Shown: positions 1 through 11,536 of the stretch, one piece after another
Numbering within the stretch: the first letter of the stretch is position 1
How the letters are laid out: every line of letters starts with the position of its first letter
NCBI GenBank assembly: GCA_963712115.1
Contig: CAVQGX010000014.1
Coordinates: forward strand, 22,878-86,877
Source of the DNA: an uncultured delta proteobacterium
GTDB lineage: Bacteria > Desulfobacterota > Syntrophobacteria > BM002
Direction: 5' to 3'
DNA: 64,000 nucleotides
Notes under the pieces: model-generated
Databases searched by the model: none
Seen by the model: only the letters and a program-made list of their open reading frames with translations
Told to the model about the DNA's origin: nothing
Translations under genes and position numbers: made by a program

Positions 1-14
1 AATGGTGATCTTTC

Positions 15-115
15 ACCCTCACCCTGAACCCCCTCCCGTCGAGGGAGGGGGGAAAGTCTAGTAAAGCTTTCCTACTAATTAAGTTAGGTCTTATGCCCTC
101 CGGGGGAGAGGGTAA
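15..115. repeat. REP-like palindromic element (CCCTCACCC..CCCCTCCCGTCGAGGGAGGG type)
   Basis: GC-rich hairpin motif also seen at about 2275-2385, 32340-32390 and 39415-39455. Confidence 0.6.
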
Positions 116-141
116 ATGAGGTAAACCTGGTGCTCTGAGAC

Positions 142-2266
142 ATGACGCTACCCGTCTTTTTACATTTTAGTGCAGCCCTTTTCTCTCTCGGTCTCGGCGT
201 TTTCTCAATTTACCGAGGCTCGCGCCATTTCTCCACACTGGGCTTTGGGTGTTGGAATGGCTGTATTCGCCACGGAGTCTTTTTTCTTGGGACTCAGCAC
301 CCTGGCCACTTCACCCGAAGAGTTAATACATTGGCAGAGGTGGAGGTTTGCAGCCGCAGCCTTGTTACCTGCGATTTGGCTCGTATTCAGCCTCAGCCTG
401 CCACATCTCAATTACAAGGCGGTATTAGCAAAATGGAAATGGATCATTTTGCTTACTTTTCTCATACCGGTAACCTTCGTGAGTCTTTTTGCCTCCCATT
501 TCTTCCAGGGGCTTCCGCAGTTTACCACACCAATGGGATGGCTTCTCCTGCTTGGTTGGTCCGGTAGAGCGTTCCAAATTTCCTTCTTACTAGGCTTTGT
601 TATCACCCTTATGCTTCTCGAAAGAACACTTCGTAGTTCCAGTGGATTAAAGCGTTGGAAGATTAAACCCCTTATTTTGGGAGTGGGGTGCATTATTGCT
701 TCTGGTGTCTACACAGCGAGCCAAGAGTTACTTTTCGGACTAGTGAATTTAAAACTTGAAGCCATTAACGCTGCAGCGCTGCTTATGGGAGGCCTTCTGA
801 TCTTGTCATCTCTTTTCAGAGCCAACACTTTACAGTTTGATATCTACTTTTCAAACAGAGTCCTTACCAATTCCATTGTCTTTATTTTTGCGGGCGTACT
901 TTTTTTGGCGGTTGGGATTCTATCTGTACTCTTACAGCCCGTAGACAATATGATCAAATTTCAACTCCATGTCTTCCTTATTTTCACAGCGCTCCTGGCG
1001 GGCTCGGCTGTAATCCTCTCACATAGACTGCGCCATGATTTAAAGCTTATCATTTCGCGACACTTCCGAAGACCTTACTACGACTACCGCGAGGTGTGGA
1101 CGTCCTTCGTGAGGAATACGATCTCCCATGCCGAGGTTCGAGGTTTTTGTGATTCAGTTTGCAAACTGGTGTCTGAGATACTCGGTATCCCGTCAGTTAG
1201 CATCTGGCTTTTAGACGAGGATCAGAAGCGGTTGAAGCTCACAGGATCCTCCTCCCTGCCGAGCTCTGAAATCACAGACATATCAGGGGTGCGAGAAAGT
1301 GACCTGGCTTCAGCCGGAAGGACCGGGGATGTGCAGGTTCTTTATAATGTCAGCACGGCTGAAAGTGTTCTCCCGGAAGGGCTCAGGAAATCCAATACAA
1401 ACTTCTTTCAGCACATTCAGGCGCAACACTGCGTCTTGTTGGTGGCATTAGATAGACCCGTCGGGTTAATGGCCTTCGGCGATCGAATTGGAGGAGCATC
1501 TTTCTCCCTCGAAGATGAGGAGCTACTTAAGATCTTAGCCAAACAGACGGCTGGAGGCTTGCTGAACCTGAGACTTCTCGAGCGCATGCGCCAGGCCAAA
1601 GAGATGGAAGCTTTTCAGACAGTCGGGGCCTTTTTTGTGCACGACCTGAAGAACCTGACTTCGACACTTTCACTGCTGTTACAGAATCTGCCGGCTCACT
1701 TCGACAATCCGGCATTTAGAGAGGACGCAGTGCGACTGTTGTCACAGGGTATTGATAGGATCAACGCCCTCTGTGGCTCCATTTCCTCATTGCAGGATCG
1801 ACTCGAAATCCAACCTGTCGAGACAGATTTTAACGGAATTGTCGCCAATGTGCTTGCACAGCTTGACGGTGTATTAGGTGGTTCTGTGGTCAAGAACTTG
1901 AATCCCCTACCCAAGATGCGCCTGGACCCGGAACAGATGCAGAAGGTACTGACCAACTTGCTTCTAAATGCACATGACGCTGCAGGTGAAAGTGGGAAAA
2001 TAAAGGTCACCACTGAAAGGCGGGACGGCTGGGTCGAACTGACAGTCAGCGACAACGGCTGCGGCATATCTCCAGAGTTCATCAAGGAATGCCTCTTCAA
2101 ACCCTTCAAAACTACCAAGAAGCAGGGAATAGGTATAGGCCTTTTCCAGAGTAAAATCATAGTTGAGAGGCATAATGGCAGAATAGAAGTGGAAAGTCAG
2201 GAAGGTGCAGGCAGCACGTTCAGGCTACTCCTGCCCGTGAAAGACAGCGCGGCAGCTCGCCACTAA
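142..2266 (+). CDS. prsK: PEP-CTERM system sensor histidine kinase PrsK; apparent frameshift near 220-235
   Basis: Multi-TM N-terminus, YDYREVW motif, GAF region, H-box AFFVHDLKN, HATPase N/G boxes; directly upstream of prsR. The hydrophobic N-terminus from ATG 142 continues in the frame of ORF 170..2266. Confidence 0.88.
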
Positions 2267-2274
2267 TTGTTTTT

Positions 2275-2385
2275 CCCCCTCCCCTGGCGGAAGGGGATAA
2301 AGGGGAGGGGGAAGCAATAAGTGGTTAGGATTTTTATTATTTCAGCACCCCCACCTTTATCCTCCCCCGTCGAGGGGGAGGAATT
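2275..2385. repeat. REP-like paired palindromes
   Basis: CCCCTCCCCTGGCGGAAGGGG...CCTCCCCCGTCGAGGGGGAGG. Confidence 0.6.
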
Positions 2386-2436
2386 TAGTGGTTATCGGAC
2401 ACGCACTATTATCCTTTTGAAGATTGCCTGAGACTG

Positions 2437-3798
2437 ATGGACAAAGTGAAGCTTCTTATTATTGAAGACGATGAAAACATCCGGAGTCAATTGAAATGGT
2501 CCCTGGCGCTGGACTACGAAGTTCTTATTGCCGAGAACCGACCAGATGCTCTTGAAATCATGAGGACAAGGCGGCCAGGTTTAGCTCTCCTGGACTTAGG
2601 ACTTCCACCAAAGCCTAACAGTGTCGACGAGGGCTTTAGCACCCTGGCTGGTCTACTTGCAGCGAATCCCTTCACGAAAATAATCATCATGACCGGACAG
2701 CAGGAAGAGGAGCACGCCGTTCGGGGCATTGCTCAGGGCGCATGTGACTATTTCTCCAAACCGATACAGATCGGTGACCTCAAAGTCGTCCTAAAACGAG
2801 CCGAACATGTTTTCCATCTGGAGGAAGAAAGCAGAAAGTTACTGGAACGCGGATCCGATGTATCCTTTGAAAGTATGTTAGGTGCAAGTCAACCAATGAA
2901 GAAGGTCTTCAAGACCATCCGTAAGGTAGCCTCTACTGATGTTTCTGTTTTGATTACTGGAGAAAGCGGAACAGGCAAGGAACTTACCGGGCTCGCTCTT
3001 CACAGGTTGAGCTCGAGATCAGAAGGTCCTTTCGTAGCTATTAATTGTAGCGCTATTCCCGATACGCTTTTGGAGAGCGAGCTTTTCGGATTCGAGAAAG
3101 GAGCTTTCACTGGAGCGGAGAAACAGAAAAAAGGGCGGATTGAATTAGCTCAAGGAGGCACGCTTTTTTTGGACGAAATCGGGGATCTGTCAACTTCTCT
3201 GCAAGTCAAGTTACTCCGGTTTTTGGAAGAACGCAAGTTAGTGAGAATAGGAGGCAGAGACAATATTTCGCTGGATGTTCGGATAATCTCTGCTACTAAT
3301 AGGGATCTTCAGACCGCAGTGGAGCAGGCAAGATTTCGCAGAGACCTTTATTTTCGGCTTGCAGTTGTCACTATTCCTATGCCTCCTCTAAGAGAACGGG
3401 GAGACGACATCCTCCTCCTGGCCAGGGCTTTTCTGAAAAGGTACGTGGAAGCAACCAATAGGAATATCAATGACTTCACACCTCAAGCCCTTGACAGTCT
3501 CGCAACTTACAACTGGCCTGGAAATGTTCGGGAACTCCAAAACCGTATCAATCGTGCGGTTATCATGGCGGAAGGGAAAAAACTTACACCAATAGATCTT
3601 GAACTCGACACGTCTTTTAGCAAATACAGCGGACAGACACTCAAAGAGGCCCGTGAATCACTCGAGAGAGATCTCATCCAGCGCGCACTGACGAGAAATA
3701 CGGGCAACATTACCAGAGCCGCAGCCGAGTTGGATATCAGCCGGCCTGCACTTTATGAATTGATGAAGAAGCTGAGCATTACCAAATCGAGAACTTAG
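2437..3798 (+). CDS. prsR: PEP-CTERM-box response regulator PrsR (sigma54 enhancer-binding protein)
   Basis: REC domain with LLDLGLPP, Walker A GESGTGKE, GAFTGA, FLDEIG, WPGNVRELQN, C-terminal Fis-type HTH. Confidence 0.92.
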   Translation: MDKVKLLIIEDDENIRSQLKWSLALDYEVLIAENRPDALEIMRTRRPGLALLDLGLPPKPNSVDEGFSTLAGLLAANPFTKIIIMTGQQEEEHAVRGIAQGACDYFSKPIQIGDLKVVLKRAEHVFHLEEESRKLLERGSDVSFESMLGASQPMKKVFKTIRKVASTDVSVLITGESGTGKELTGLALHRLSSRSEGPFVAINCSAIPDTLLESELFGFEKGAFTGAEKQKKGRIELAQGGTLFLDEIGDLSTSLQVKLLRFLEERKLVRIGGRDNISLDVRIISATNRDLQTAVEQARFRRDLYFRLAVVTIPMPPLRERGDDILLLARAFLKRYVEATNRNINDFTPQALDSLATYNWPGNVRELQNRINRAVIMAEGKKLTPIDLELDTSFSKYSGQTLKEARESLERDLIQRALTRNTGNITRAAAELDISRPALYELMKKLSITKSRT

Positions 3799-4026
3799 CT
3801 CCGCTAATGGAATGTTGGAATATTGGGTCTTAGTTGCAACGACGTAGAATTTTGCGTTTCGAGAGGGTTTTCGACATCAAGAAGGGACAACCTTTCGTTT
3901 GGGAATGCCATGATTGCCATGAAGGATTGGTTATAGAAATTCGAGACAGTTAGTCTGGCTTTTACCGTATCAAGGACCTTAATTGAGCGATTCTAGTGGA
4001 CGGCAAAATACAGGCAACACCATACA

Positions 4027-4173
4027 TGTCATTCTGAGCCATGCGACGGGCTCCCCGAGACAAGCTCGGGACAGGCGGGACAGGCAGGATAAACTCCGCG
4101 AATAATCTTATGGGTGGAGCCGCCTTCGAGATTCTTCGTCGTCCCGCCGCTGGCGGGACTCCTCAGAATGACA
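4027..4173. repeat. REP-like inverted-repeat element TGTCATTCTGAG...CTCAGAATGACA with nested small palindromes
   Basis: 12-bp terminal IR; relatives at 5251-5355 and 32425-32506. Confidence 0.75.
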
Positions 4174-4208
4174 GTAAACGGAGAATCGCTCAATTTAGGA
4201 AGGGATAG

Positions 4209-4325
4209 TGTCGGAAACCCTTACAAAAATCGCTAGATGTTGAAGAACCAACTAAGTAGCTGTGAATTCTGCATTTTTTTGAGAAAACCGTTATCGGACC
4301 GAGTAGACTGTCGGTATTCTTTACG
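4209..4325 (+). promoter_or_regulatory. Two candidate PrsR enhancer boxes (TGT-N11-ACA type)
   Basis: TGTCGGAAACCCTTACA at 4209-4225 and TGTCGGTATTCTTTACG at 4309-4325, exactly 100 bp apart, upstream of a sigma54 site and a PEP-CTERM gene. Confidence 0.6.
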
Positions 4326-4457
4326 ATACGTCGCATCTCGTAAGGCTGCTGAAGGCCATTTTTTGATGTAAGATGTGAGCATCTAAAAAAAGGATAATGT
4401 ATTAAATACAAGCGGTTACAAAAAATAAAAAGAAGAATCACACGTGTTGTCTCATTT

Positions 4458-4472
4458 TGGTACATTAATTGC
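4458..4472 (+). promoter_or_regulatory. sigma54 -24/-12 promoter
   Basis: TGGTACATTAATTGC (GG-N10-GC) about 57 bp before the PEP-CTERM gene ATG. Confidence 0.75.
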
Positions 4473-4528
4473 CTTCCATAAAGCACGTAGAGAATGGCGT
4501 CGAAAATTAACTGAGCGGAGATGAAACT

Positions 4529-5103
4529 ATGAGAAAAGTTCTTTTCGGAGTGGTAATGTGCCTGGCAATTCTAGCTCTTGCGACCCCAGGTCACTCTTTG
4601 CTGACGATTGGTGAGGACATGGATGGGAATAGTTGGGGACAGGCTTTTTGAACCGACTATACGACCAAACGTTATTAATCTGTACACCACCTCACCCTAT
4701 TTTGAGTTTGCGGAAGGGCTGCCGTCTGGCTGGAATTATCATCAGTCCGCAGATGGGAGTTTTGCCCAGCTCTACACGACCGGAGATTCTGGCCTGAGTA
4801 ATTTCATATGGACCCAGTGGTGGTGGGATCCACGGCCAACAAGAGAAAGTCCGCTCTACTTGGACTGGCAGGAAGTACATTATGACTGGACCAGCGGGTG
4901 AAATTATGAGTCCTGGACAGGAGGTCTTGAGATCAGGTCTTGGGAGATAGCTGAGTACGGAAATGCTGTGCGGTCCTGATTCCATAGTGAAACCGATAAC
5001 GGCGACACCGGAGCCGTCTTCCCTGGTCTTAATGGGTTCAGCCATGATCTTGATCGGCCTTTATGGAAGAAAGAGATATCAGGCGAAAATAATTGGCCAG
5101 TAG
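4529..5103 (+). pseudogene. PEP-CTERM sorting-domain protein, disrupted
   Basis: Signal peptide MRKVLFGVVMCLAILALATPGHS; frameshift at T-run near 4645-4649; second shift near 4897; in-frame TAG 4948-4950; C-terminus TPEPSSLVLMGSAMILIGLYGRKR. Confidence 0.8.
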
Positions 5104-5250
5104 TAAAATTATCAAGGAAAACTCGTAAACATTCAACAAGTTCACCCCATCTTTTGTATCGTCCGGACAATTCATGAATTGTCCGGGCTAGACCCTTCCC
5201 CTGCAAAAACCAGTAAGAGGCTTTCCGACAACCCACCGAATGCCTGCTGC

Positions 5251-5355
5251 TGTCATTCTGAGCCCTTCGGCAAGTTCAGGATAAACTCCGCGAAGAATCT
5301 CATGGATTTTGGTACTTACACGTCCGAGATTCTTCGGCTCACGCCTCAGAATGAC
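5251..5355. repeat. REP-like IR element (GTCATTCTGAG...CTCAGAATGAC)
   Basis: Terminal IR plus inner GAAGAATCTC/GAGATTCTTC stem. Confidence 0.7.
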
Positions 5356-5579
5356 GTTGTCGGACGGCCTCGTAAACCCCGTTAATCACTATATGTGACG
5401 TCAGAAATCAGTGCACATTTCCAACTGAAGCCCTGAACAACTGGGAAAGGGATGCGCACTTATTTATCACACCACGTATATTAGGAAGCTAGGAAAGCTC
5501 GGTTCACAAATTAAGATTGTAATCTCTCGCCTCATAATTTCTTCATTATTACTCAGTTTACTTCACTTCTATTAAATAT

Positions 5580-7937
5580 ATGGAGAGCCTGATGAAAATC
5601 TTTTCTTTTAGAGTATTTTTTCTTGTGTTTTTGCTTTTTGTAAGCTTTTCCTGCCACAGCCCAACCGAGAATCGCGTGAAGCACATGAAACGGGGAGATG
5701 GCTATTTTGAAAAGCAAGAGTTTGAGAAAGCCATTCTTGAATATAAGAATGCAATCCAGGCGGAGCCTGATTTTGCTCGGGCGCACTACCAGCTTGCGCT
5801 GGCTTATCTCAGAACCTCCCGACCCTTTGAGGCTCATCGAGAATTGTCAAAAACAGTGGAACTCGAACCTGACAATGTGGAAGCGCAGCTCAAGCTGGGC
5901 CAATTATATTTTCTTGGTAAAGACACGGAAAAAGCGCGAGAAAAGGCAAAATTAATCCTCGAGAAAAACCCACAGAACATCCAAGCCCTGCTTCTGCAAG
6001 CAGGAGTCTTGATCCAGGAAGGCAAACCAGATGAAGCAAACCACACACTCGAGAGGGTAATAGCCATCGATGAACAGAATATTAGGGCTTACCTGATGCT
6101 TGCGCGAATTGCTGCGACCTCCAAGGATTTTGATAAGGCCAAAGCTGTTCTTGGTAAAGCAGTGGATGTCAACCCCGAAGATCCCTCCGCAAGGTTGGAG
6201 CTTGCGCGGTTTCAAGAACAGCATGGCGAATACAAGGTGGCAGAAAGCCAAATTAAGGAAGCCATTTCCAGGAATAGCGGAAATGCAGCACTTCTCGACG
6301 CACTGGGAAATTTCTATGTCCGGCGAGGTAATTTAGAGGCAGCCGAGGATATATATCTCAGCACAACCGAACTCGAGCCCGAGCAAATCCGCCCGAAGAT
6401 GACCCTGGCGGCGTTGTATGTGTCCCAAAAGAAATGGGATAAGGCTATACATTGGATAGAGAAGGCGCGAGAATTGCAGCCTGAGAATACTGAAGTTCAG
6501 AATGCCCTTGCATCCCTCTATTTGGAAATGGGAAAAGTTGAAAAGTCCGAAGAGCTGGTCGATCGCATACTGGAAAAAGACAATCGTAACGTAAACGGCC
6601 GTTTCCTCAAGGCCCGTATTCTTCTCCGAGAAGAACAGTTGAGAGAAGCTGCAGGACTACTCGACACGATCTTACAGGACGAGCCACACCATGCCGCTGC
6701 CCTTTACTACCGTGGGTTGGTTCACCAAGCAGAAAAAAACAATTCTTTAGCGAAGCAATATTTGCTCAAAGCAATTGAATCTAACCCCCACAACTTGAAA
6801 GCGAGATTGGCTCTGGCTCAGATTCACCTGGCGGAGAGCGCAGCAGATCTTGCCCTCGAGCAGGCAGAAGCAGTGCTTGCCAGAAATCCCGAAAACTATG
6901 CTGCATACGTACTCAAAGGAGATGCCTATATTCTGAAAAGAGATGCAAAGCGCGCGCGAGAAGCTTACCAGCGTGCAGCTGAAATCGACCCGAACAATCT
7001 TGCTGCTTATTATCGACTGTCTCAGTTAGCCCAGGTCCAAGGCAACTACGAAGGTGCACATGTGTATATAGACAGGGCCCTGGCTTTAAAAAACGATCAT
7101 TTGCCTGCCATTGAGACAAAGGTCTCAATTTTTCTTGCTCAGCAGCTACCTGAACAAGCATTATCTTTTTTGCAGAAAGAAATTCAATTGCATGATCAAA
7201 ACCCGGAATTGTCGGCGGTTCTCCACGAAATGACAGGTCGCATTTTATTTGCCACAGAAAGTTTCGAACAGAGTGAGGCGGCATTTCAGAAAGCATTGAG
7301 TTTGAATCCTAATCTAATGACTTCCCACCTCTTACTGGCCGGACTCTACAGAGTAAGAGGCGAAAGCGGGAGAGCTATTTCTCAATATCAGACAATCCTA
7401 AAAAAACAACCGCAGTATGTTCAGGCTTACATGGGTTTGGGTGCTATGTACGAAGCCGGTGGGAGAGGCCAGGAGGCTTGCGCACTGTACGAAAAGGCCT
7501 TGGAAATCAATCCGGACTTTGCCCCCGCCGCCAATAACCTTGCTTGGATTATGCTCCAGAATGGTGAGGAGCCTCAGAAAGCCCTGGCCCTGGCCAGGAT
7601 CGCAAAAAAGGAACTTCCGGAAGATCCGCGGGTCGCTGACACCTATGCTCTTGCTCTCCTAGAAAATGGCCTTTACCAGAGTGCAATTATCGAGTTGACA
7701 GAGGCAACAAGGAAAATACCTCAGGAGCCCACTGTGCTATACCATCTCGGTCTGGCACACTGGAAAAGCGGAGATGAAGAAAGAGCGCTCGAGGCACTAA
7801 ACAAAGCATTGAAATTAAAAGTCGACTTCCCGGAGAAACAAAAAGCCTCAAAGCTACTGGAGGAAATTGAGGCCCTGGCAGGTCAGAGGTCAGAAGTCGG
7901 AGGTCGGAGGACAGTTTCACTAGGCACTAAGCAGTAA
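5580..7937 (+). CDS. Large TPR-repeat lipoprotein, PrsT-like
   Basis: Lipobox-like VSFSC, about 20 TPR-like repeats, ANNLAW motif, PEP-CTERM locus context; last 19 aa or so come from the repeat mosaic. Confidence 0.82.
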   Translation: MESLMKIFSFRVFFLVFLLFVSFSCHSPTENRVKHMKRGDGYFEKQEFEKAILEYKNAIQAEPDFARAHYQLALAYLRTSRPFEAHRELSKTVELEPDNVEAQLKLGQLYFLGKDTEKAREKAKLILEKNPQNIQALLLQAGVLIQEGKPDEANHTLERVIAIDEQNIRAYLMLARIAATSKDFDKAKAVLGKAVDVNPEDPSARLELARFQEQHGEYKVAESQIKEAISRNSGNAALLDALGNFYVRRGNLEAAEDIYLSTTELEPEQIRPKMTLAALYVSQKKWDKAIHWIEKARELQPENTEVQNALASLYLEMGKVEKSEELVDRILEKDNRNVNGRFLKARILLREEQLREAAGLLDTILQDEPHHAAALYYRGLVHQAEKNNSLAKQYLLKAIESNPHNLKARLALAQIHLAESAADLALEQAEAVLARNPENYAAYVLKGDAYILKRDAKRAREAYQRAAEIDPNNLAAYYRLSQLAQVQGNYEGAHVYIDRALALKNDHLPAIETKVSIFLAQQLPEQALSFLQKEIQLHDQNPELSAVLHEMTGRILFATESFEQSEAAFQKALSLNPNLMTSHLLLAGLYRVRGESGRAISQYQTILKKQPQYVQAYMGLGAMYEAGGRGQEACALYEKALEINPDFAPAANNLAWIMLQNGEEPQKALALARIAKKELPEDPRVADTYALALLENGLYQSAIIELTEATRKIPQEPTVLYHLGLAHWKSGDEERALEALNKALKLKVDFPEKQKASKLLEEIEALAGQRSEVGGRRTVSLGTKQ

Positions 7938-8240
7938 GCACTAGGCACTCCCGCTGACGAGGTTGGAGGCAAGAATTCAGAGGACGGAGGTCAGAGGTCG
8001 GAGGTCAGTTTCACTAGGCACTAAGCAGTAAGCACTAGGCACAGCAAGGCGAATCGGGGACGGGGAGAGACGGGAGCGGGGCAAGGTAGAGGACAGAGGC
8101 AGGAGGCAGTGACACGGACGAGGAGAGCAAAAGCAATTTCGGATGCGGATTTGGAACCACTACTGGGTCGCGTAGTGGAATGTTGGAAACGGAGCATAGG
8201 GCAGAAAGAAGTTCAAAGTCTCAAGTTCAAAGTTTAAAGT
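7880..8240. repeat. Intergenic mosaic of short-repeat modules
   Basis: Tandem 7-mers (GAGGTCA/GAGGTCG, GGCACTA, TTCAAAG) and the module TTTCACTAGGCACTAAGCAGTA, reused throughout the window. Confidence 0.85.
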
Positions 8241-8349
8241 TATACTTGCCTCTCCGGTTCAGAAACCCGGCTTGTGCATCCTGTGCCTCACCGAACCGTG
8301 AGTCTGCATTATAATTTCAACTACCTTACGGTTACCGTGAAGGAGGAAT

Positions 8350-10047
8350 ATGAAAGTGAGTGAACTTTATTCTGTGAGTCCTGATGGTGAGAAATTTCGA
8401 CTGCCGGCTCCGAGTGACTATGCGAAGGAATACGAGCGACTCCAACAATTAGTCGAAGAACAGCGCGCTCTGGGGCGTGAGATTGTGGTGGTCATGGGCG
8501 TGGGATTTGTGGGCGCGGTGATGGCTGCTGTTGTGGCTGACACTGAAGACAAGAAGGGTAATCCCAATAAGTTCGTCATCGGCATGCAGCGTCCCAGCGT
8601 TCGCAGTTTCTGGAAGATTCCTCTGCTCAACCGGGGGTTGCCACCAGTTGAGGCTGAGGATCCTGAAGTTGCCCCAATGATACACCGGTGTGTGAAGGAG
8701 AAAAAGACCCTCACAGCGACATTCACCTACGATGCTCTGAAGCTGGCTGATGTTGTAGTGGTGGACGTTCAGTGTGACTACCTGAAGGAGTCATTTGGAA
8801 ATGTACGGGACGGGCAAGCAAATATGGCTGCTCTCGAAGAGTCCCTGGGAATTATTGCAGAACACATTTCTCCTGAAACGCTAGTTTTGATCGAGACAAC
8901 AGTTGCTCCTGGCACAACCGAACAGGTGGCCTACCCCATCATGAGAAAAGTGTTTCGTAAGCGAGGCATTCATACTGACCCACTGTTAGCCCACAGCTTT
9001 GAGAGGGTGATGCCTGGGAAGAAATACGTTGCCAGTATTCGTGATTTCTGGAGGGTTTGCAGCGGTATAAATGATGAAGCTACACGGAGGACGGTTAAGT
9101 TTCTTGAAGACGTTATCAATACTGAAGAGTATCCATTGACAGTATTGGACCGGCCCATTGAATCGGAAACGGCAAAAATCGTGGAAAACAGTTTTCGCGC
9201 GACCATTCTGGCCTTTCTTGACGAGTGGAGTATTTTCGCAGAGCGAAATGGCGTAGATCTTATCAAGGTAATCGAGGCCATCAAAGTTCGGCCCACGCAC
9301 AGCAACATCATCTTTCCGGGCCCAGGCATTGGCGGCTATTGTCTGCCGAAAGATGGTGGTCTTGGCTTTTGGGCTTATCGGCACATCCATGGATTTGAGG
9401 ACGACATTTTTAAGATCACACCTCTGGCCATTGACATAAATGACACCAGGGCCTTGCATGTTGCTCAGCTCACCCGGGACGCTCTTCGCAATATGGGCCG
9501 CCCACTCGCGGCAGCAGAAATACTGGTCTTGGGAGCCTCCTATCGGGAAGATGTGGGAGATACCAGGTATAGCGGTTCCGAGTTAATCGTACGTCGGCTC
9601 ACCGAGATGGGGGCTGAGCTGCGAGTCCACGACCCTTATGTCAAGCATTGGTGGGAATTCGAGAAACAGGATGTGTACCCATCACCGACCCACAGTCTAA
9701 AAAGATTCTTCCGCGGCCAGGAGAAATTACAGGATCTGCTTGTGGAGCAGGATCTGGCCAAAGCTTTGCGAGGAACTGATTGTGTTATTTTTGCAGTAAG
9801 GCACAAGCATTACCTGGACCTTGATCCTGATGAGGTTGTGGAAATTGCTGGTGGGCCCATGGCTGTAATTGACTGTTTCGGGATCCTGGATGATGCGAAG
9901 ATTAAGCGCTACTTCGAGCTGGGCTGTGAAGTTAAAGGCTTGGGGCGTGGTCACGTGAAGAGGATTAAGGATCAGGTGCGGGCGGAGAGGGAGGAGATGT
10001 TGCTGCGGATGAGTGGGGAGACAAAGGTCAAGCTGGTTGGGAAGTGA
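8350..10047 (+). CDS. Nucleotide-sugar (UDP-glucose/GDP-mannose family) dehydrogenase
   Basis: GVGFVG Rossmann motif, ETTVAPGTTE, AKIVEN, catalytic GIGGYCLPKD, C-terminal GASYREDVGDTRYS. Confidence 0.9.
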   Translation: MKVSELYSVSPDGEKFRLPAPSDYAKEYERLQQLVEEQRALGREIVVVMGVGFVGAVMAAVVADTEDKKGNPNKFVIGMQRPSVRSFWKIPLLNRGLPPVEAEDPEVAPMIHRCVKEKKTLTATFTYDALKLADVVVVDVQCDYLKESFGNVRDGQANMAALEESLGIIAEHISPETLVLIETTVAPGTTEQVAYPIMRKVFRKRGIHTDPLLAHSFERVMPGKKYVASIRDFWRVCSGINDEATRRTVKFLEDVINTEEYPLTVLDRPIESETAKIVENSFRATILAFLDEWSIFAERNGVDLIKVIEAIKVRPTHSNIIFPGPGIGGYCLPKDGGLGFWAYRHIHGFEDDIFKITPLAIDINDTRALHVAQLTRDALRNMGRPLAAAEILVLGASYREDVGDTRYSGSELIVRRLTEMGAELRVHDPYVKHWWEFEKQDVYPSPTHSLKRFFRGQEKLQDLLVEQDLAKALRGTDCVIFAVRHKHYLDLDPDEVVEIAGGPMAVIDCFGILDDAKIKRYFELGCEVKGLGRGHVKRIKDQVRAEREEMLLRMSGETKVKLVGK

Positions 10048-10305
10048 GATCAGAGGTCGGAGGACGGAGGTCGGAGGACAGTTTCACTAGGCACTAAGCA
10101 GTAGGCACTAGGCACTCCCGTTGACGCGATTGGAGGCAAGAACTCAGAGGTCGGAGGTCAGGCAGGCGTGGTTCAGCAAGCAGCAAAAGATAATTAACCG
10201 CAGAGGGCGCTGAGAGCGCAGAGAAAAACCTAACCGCAGACGAACACAGACGTTTTATTAGACAGGATTAACAAGATGTACAGGATGAGAACGAAGAGAA
10301 AACAG

Positions 10306-10393
10306 GATCGCTTAGGTGCCCCCGCTAAGCGGGGCGTCCCGATGGGCACATCGGGACTAATGGGAAGGAGTTTTCAGCAGCCCTTAAGCGATT
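10306..10393. repeat. Branched-hairpin element copy 1 (orientation B, long arm mostly deleted)
   Basis: GATCGCTTAG...TTAAGCGATT ends; CCCCGC/GCGGGG and TCCCGATG/CATCGGGA hairpins; flanked by GACAGGATTAAC...GTTAATCCTGTC. Confidence 0.8.
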
Positions 10394-10562
10394 CAAAAAT
10401 GGATTCGGTTAATCTTGTCTCTTTCATCCGGTAGATCCTGTTAATCCTGTCAAATTAACTTAGGAATTTACGTTAACTGGTCGTCGTTTAGCGTCACAAT
10501 CAAAATAAAATGGTAGAAAGATAATTGTCATAGATCAATAATATTAGTAGTGGAGAAATATA

Positions 10563-10772
10563 ATGATTTTGTCATACTGCAAACATTGCGAACATCATTC
10601 TACGTTAGAAATAGACGGTCATATTCATTCAAGATGTCTGAAGGAAAATTGTCTAGTTATTTATAGTAAATGCTTGACGGAAAAAGCTGTCGAGAAGCTT
10701 TTACGCGAGAATGAAGATCACAAAAAAGAGCTGGAAAATTCTGCACTGGATATATGTTATCCAAAGGCGTAA
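10563..10772 (+). CDS. Small Cys/His-rich hypothetical protein
   Basis: RBS GGAG; CKHCEHH...C...C...C pattern. Confidence 0.65.
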   Translation: MILSYCKHCEHHSTLEIDGHIHSRCLKENCLVIYSKCLTEKAVEKLLRENEDHKKELENSALDICYPKA

Positions 10773-11266
10773 GGCGAAGGGCATAGAGCATGGAGCATAG
10801 GGCATGGAGTTAGAGGTCGGAGGTCGGAGGTCAGAGGAAAGAAGTCAGATTGCGAAGTGCGAATTGAGGAAAGGCGCAAGGCGTAGGGCGCAAGGCGATT
10901 TGGGTCATTAGGCTTCGCCGTCATTAGGTCACTACGCTACGCTGTCATTTATTGTAAGAGGTAGAGGTCAGAGGTCGGAGGACAGAGGTCGGAAGACGGA
11001 GGTCAGTTTCACTAGGCACTAAGCAGTAAGCACTAGGCACAGCAAGGCGAATCGGGGACGGGGAGAGACGGAGACGCGGGGGAAAAAGGCAGAGGCCAGA
11101 TGAGGATTTCGGATTGCGAAACTGGGAACTCGCCCGAAGGGTGGGAGTCCGAAGGACAATTTAAAAGCAAGGAGACAGGAGTCAGCCCTTCGACAGGACC
11201 TGTCGACGAGCTCAGGTCGAGTCGCTCAGGCGAGTCGAGGCCCGCCCTACCAGTTGATAATACCGG

Positions 11267-11536
11267 TTAGCTTGTTTTATCTATTAGCCCCTTTTCTCGC
11301 TGTACTCTCTCGTGTAGCCATATTTTGATCAAAGCTCCTCGATCTACCCCGATTGTAGCTCTGATGCGATCGATATCATTGACTAGTTCTTCAGCAATAT
11401 CAACTGTAATACGGACCTTCTTGCCATGCCTGATGACCCTGGCCTTGGACGTGTCAATAAGGTCATGAATATCCTCACCGTCATCGAAACGTTGATCAAA
11501 CTCCTCAGTACTTTTAGCCGATCTCTTTCTCGCCAT
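11267..11536 (-). CDS. CopG/BrnA-like antitoxin
   Basis: EEFDQRFDDGEDI N-terminus and RHH-like C-terminus; overlaps brnT. Confidence 0.75.
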   Translation of the reverse strand: MARKRSAKSTEEFDQRFDDGEDIHDLIDTSKARVIRHGKKVRITVDIAEELVNDIDRIRATIGVDRGALIKIWLHERVQREKGLIDKTS

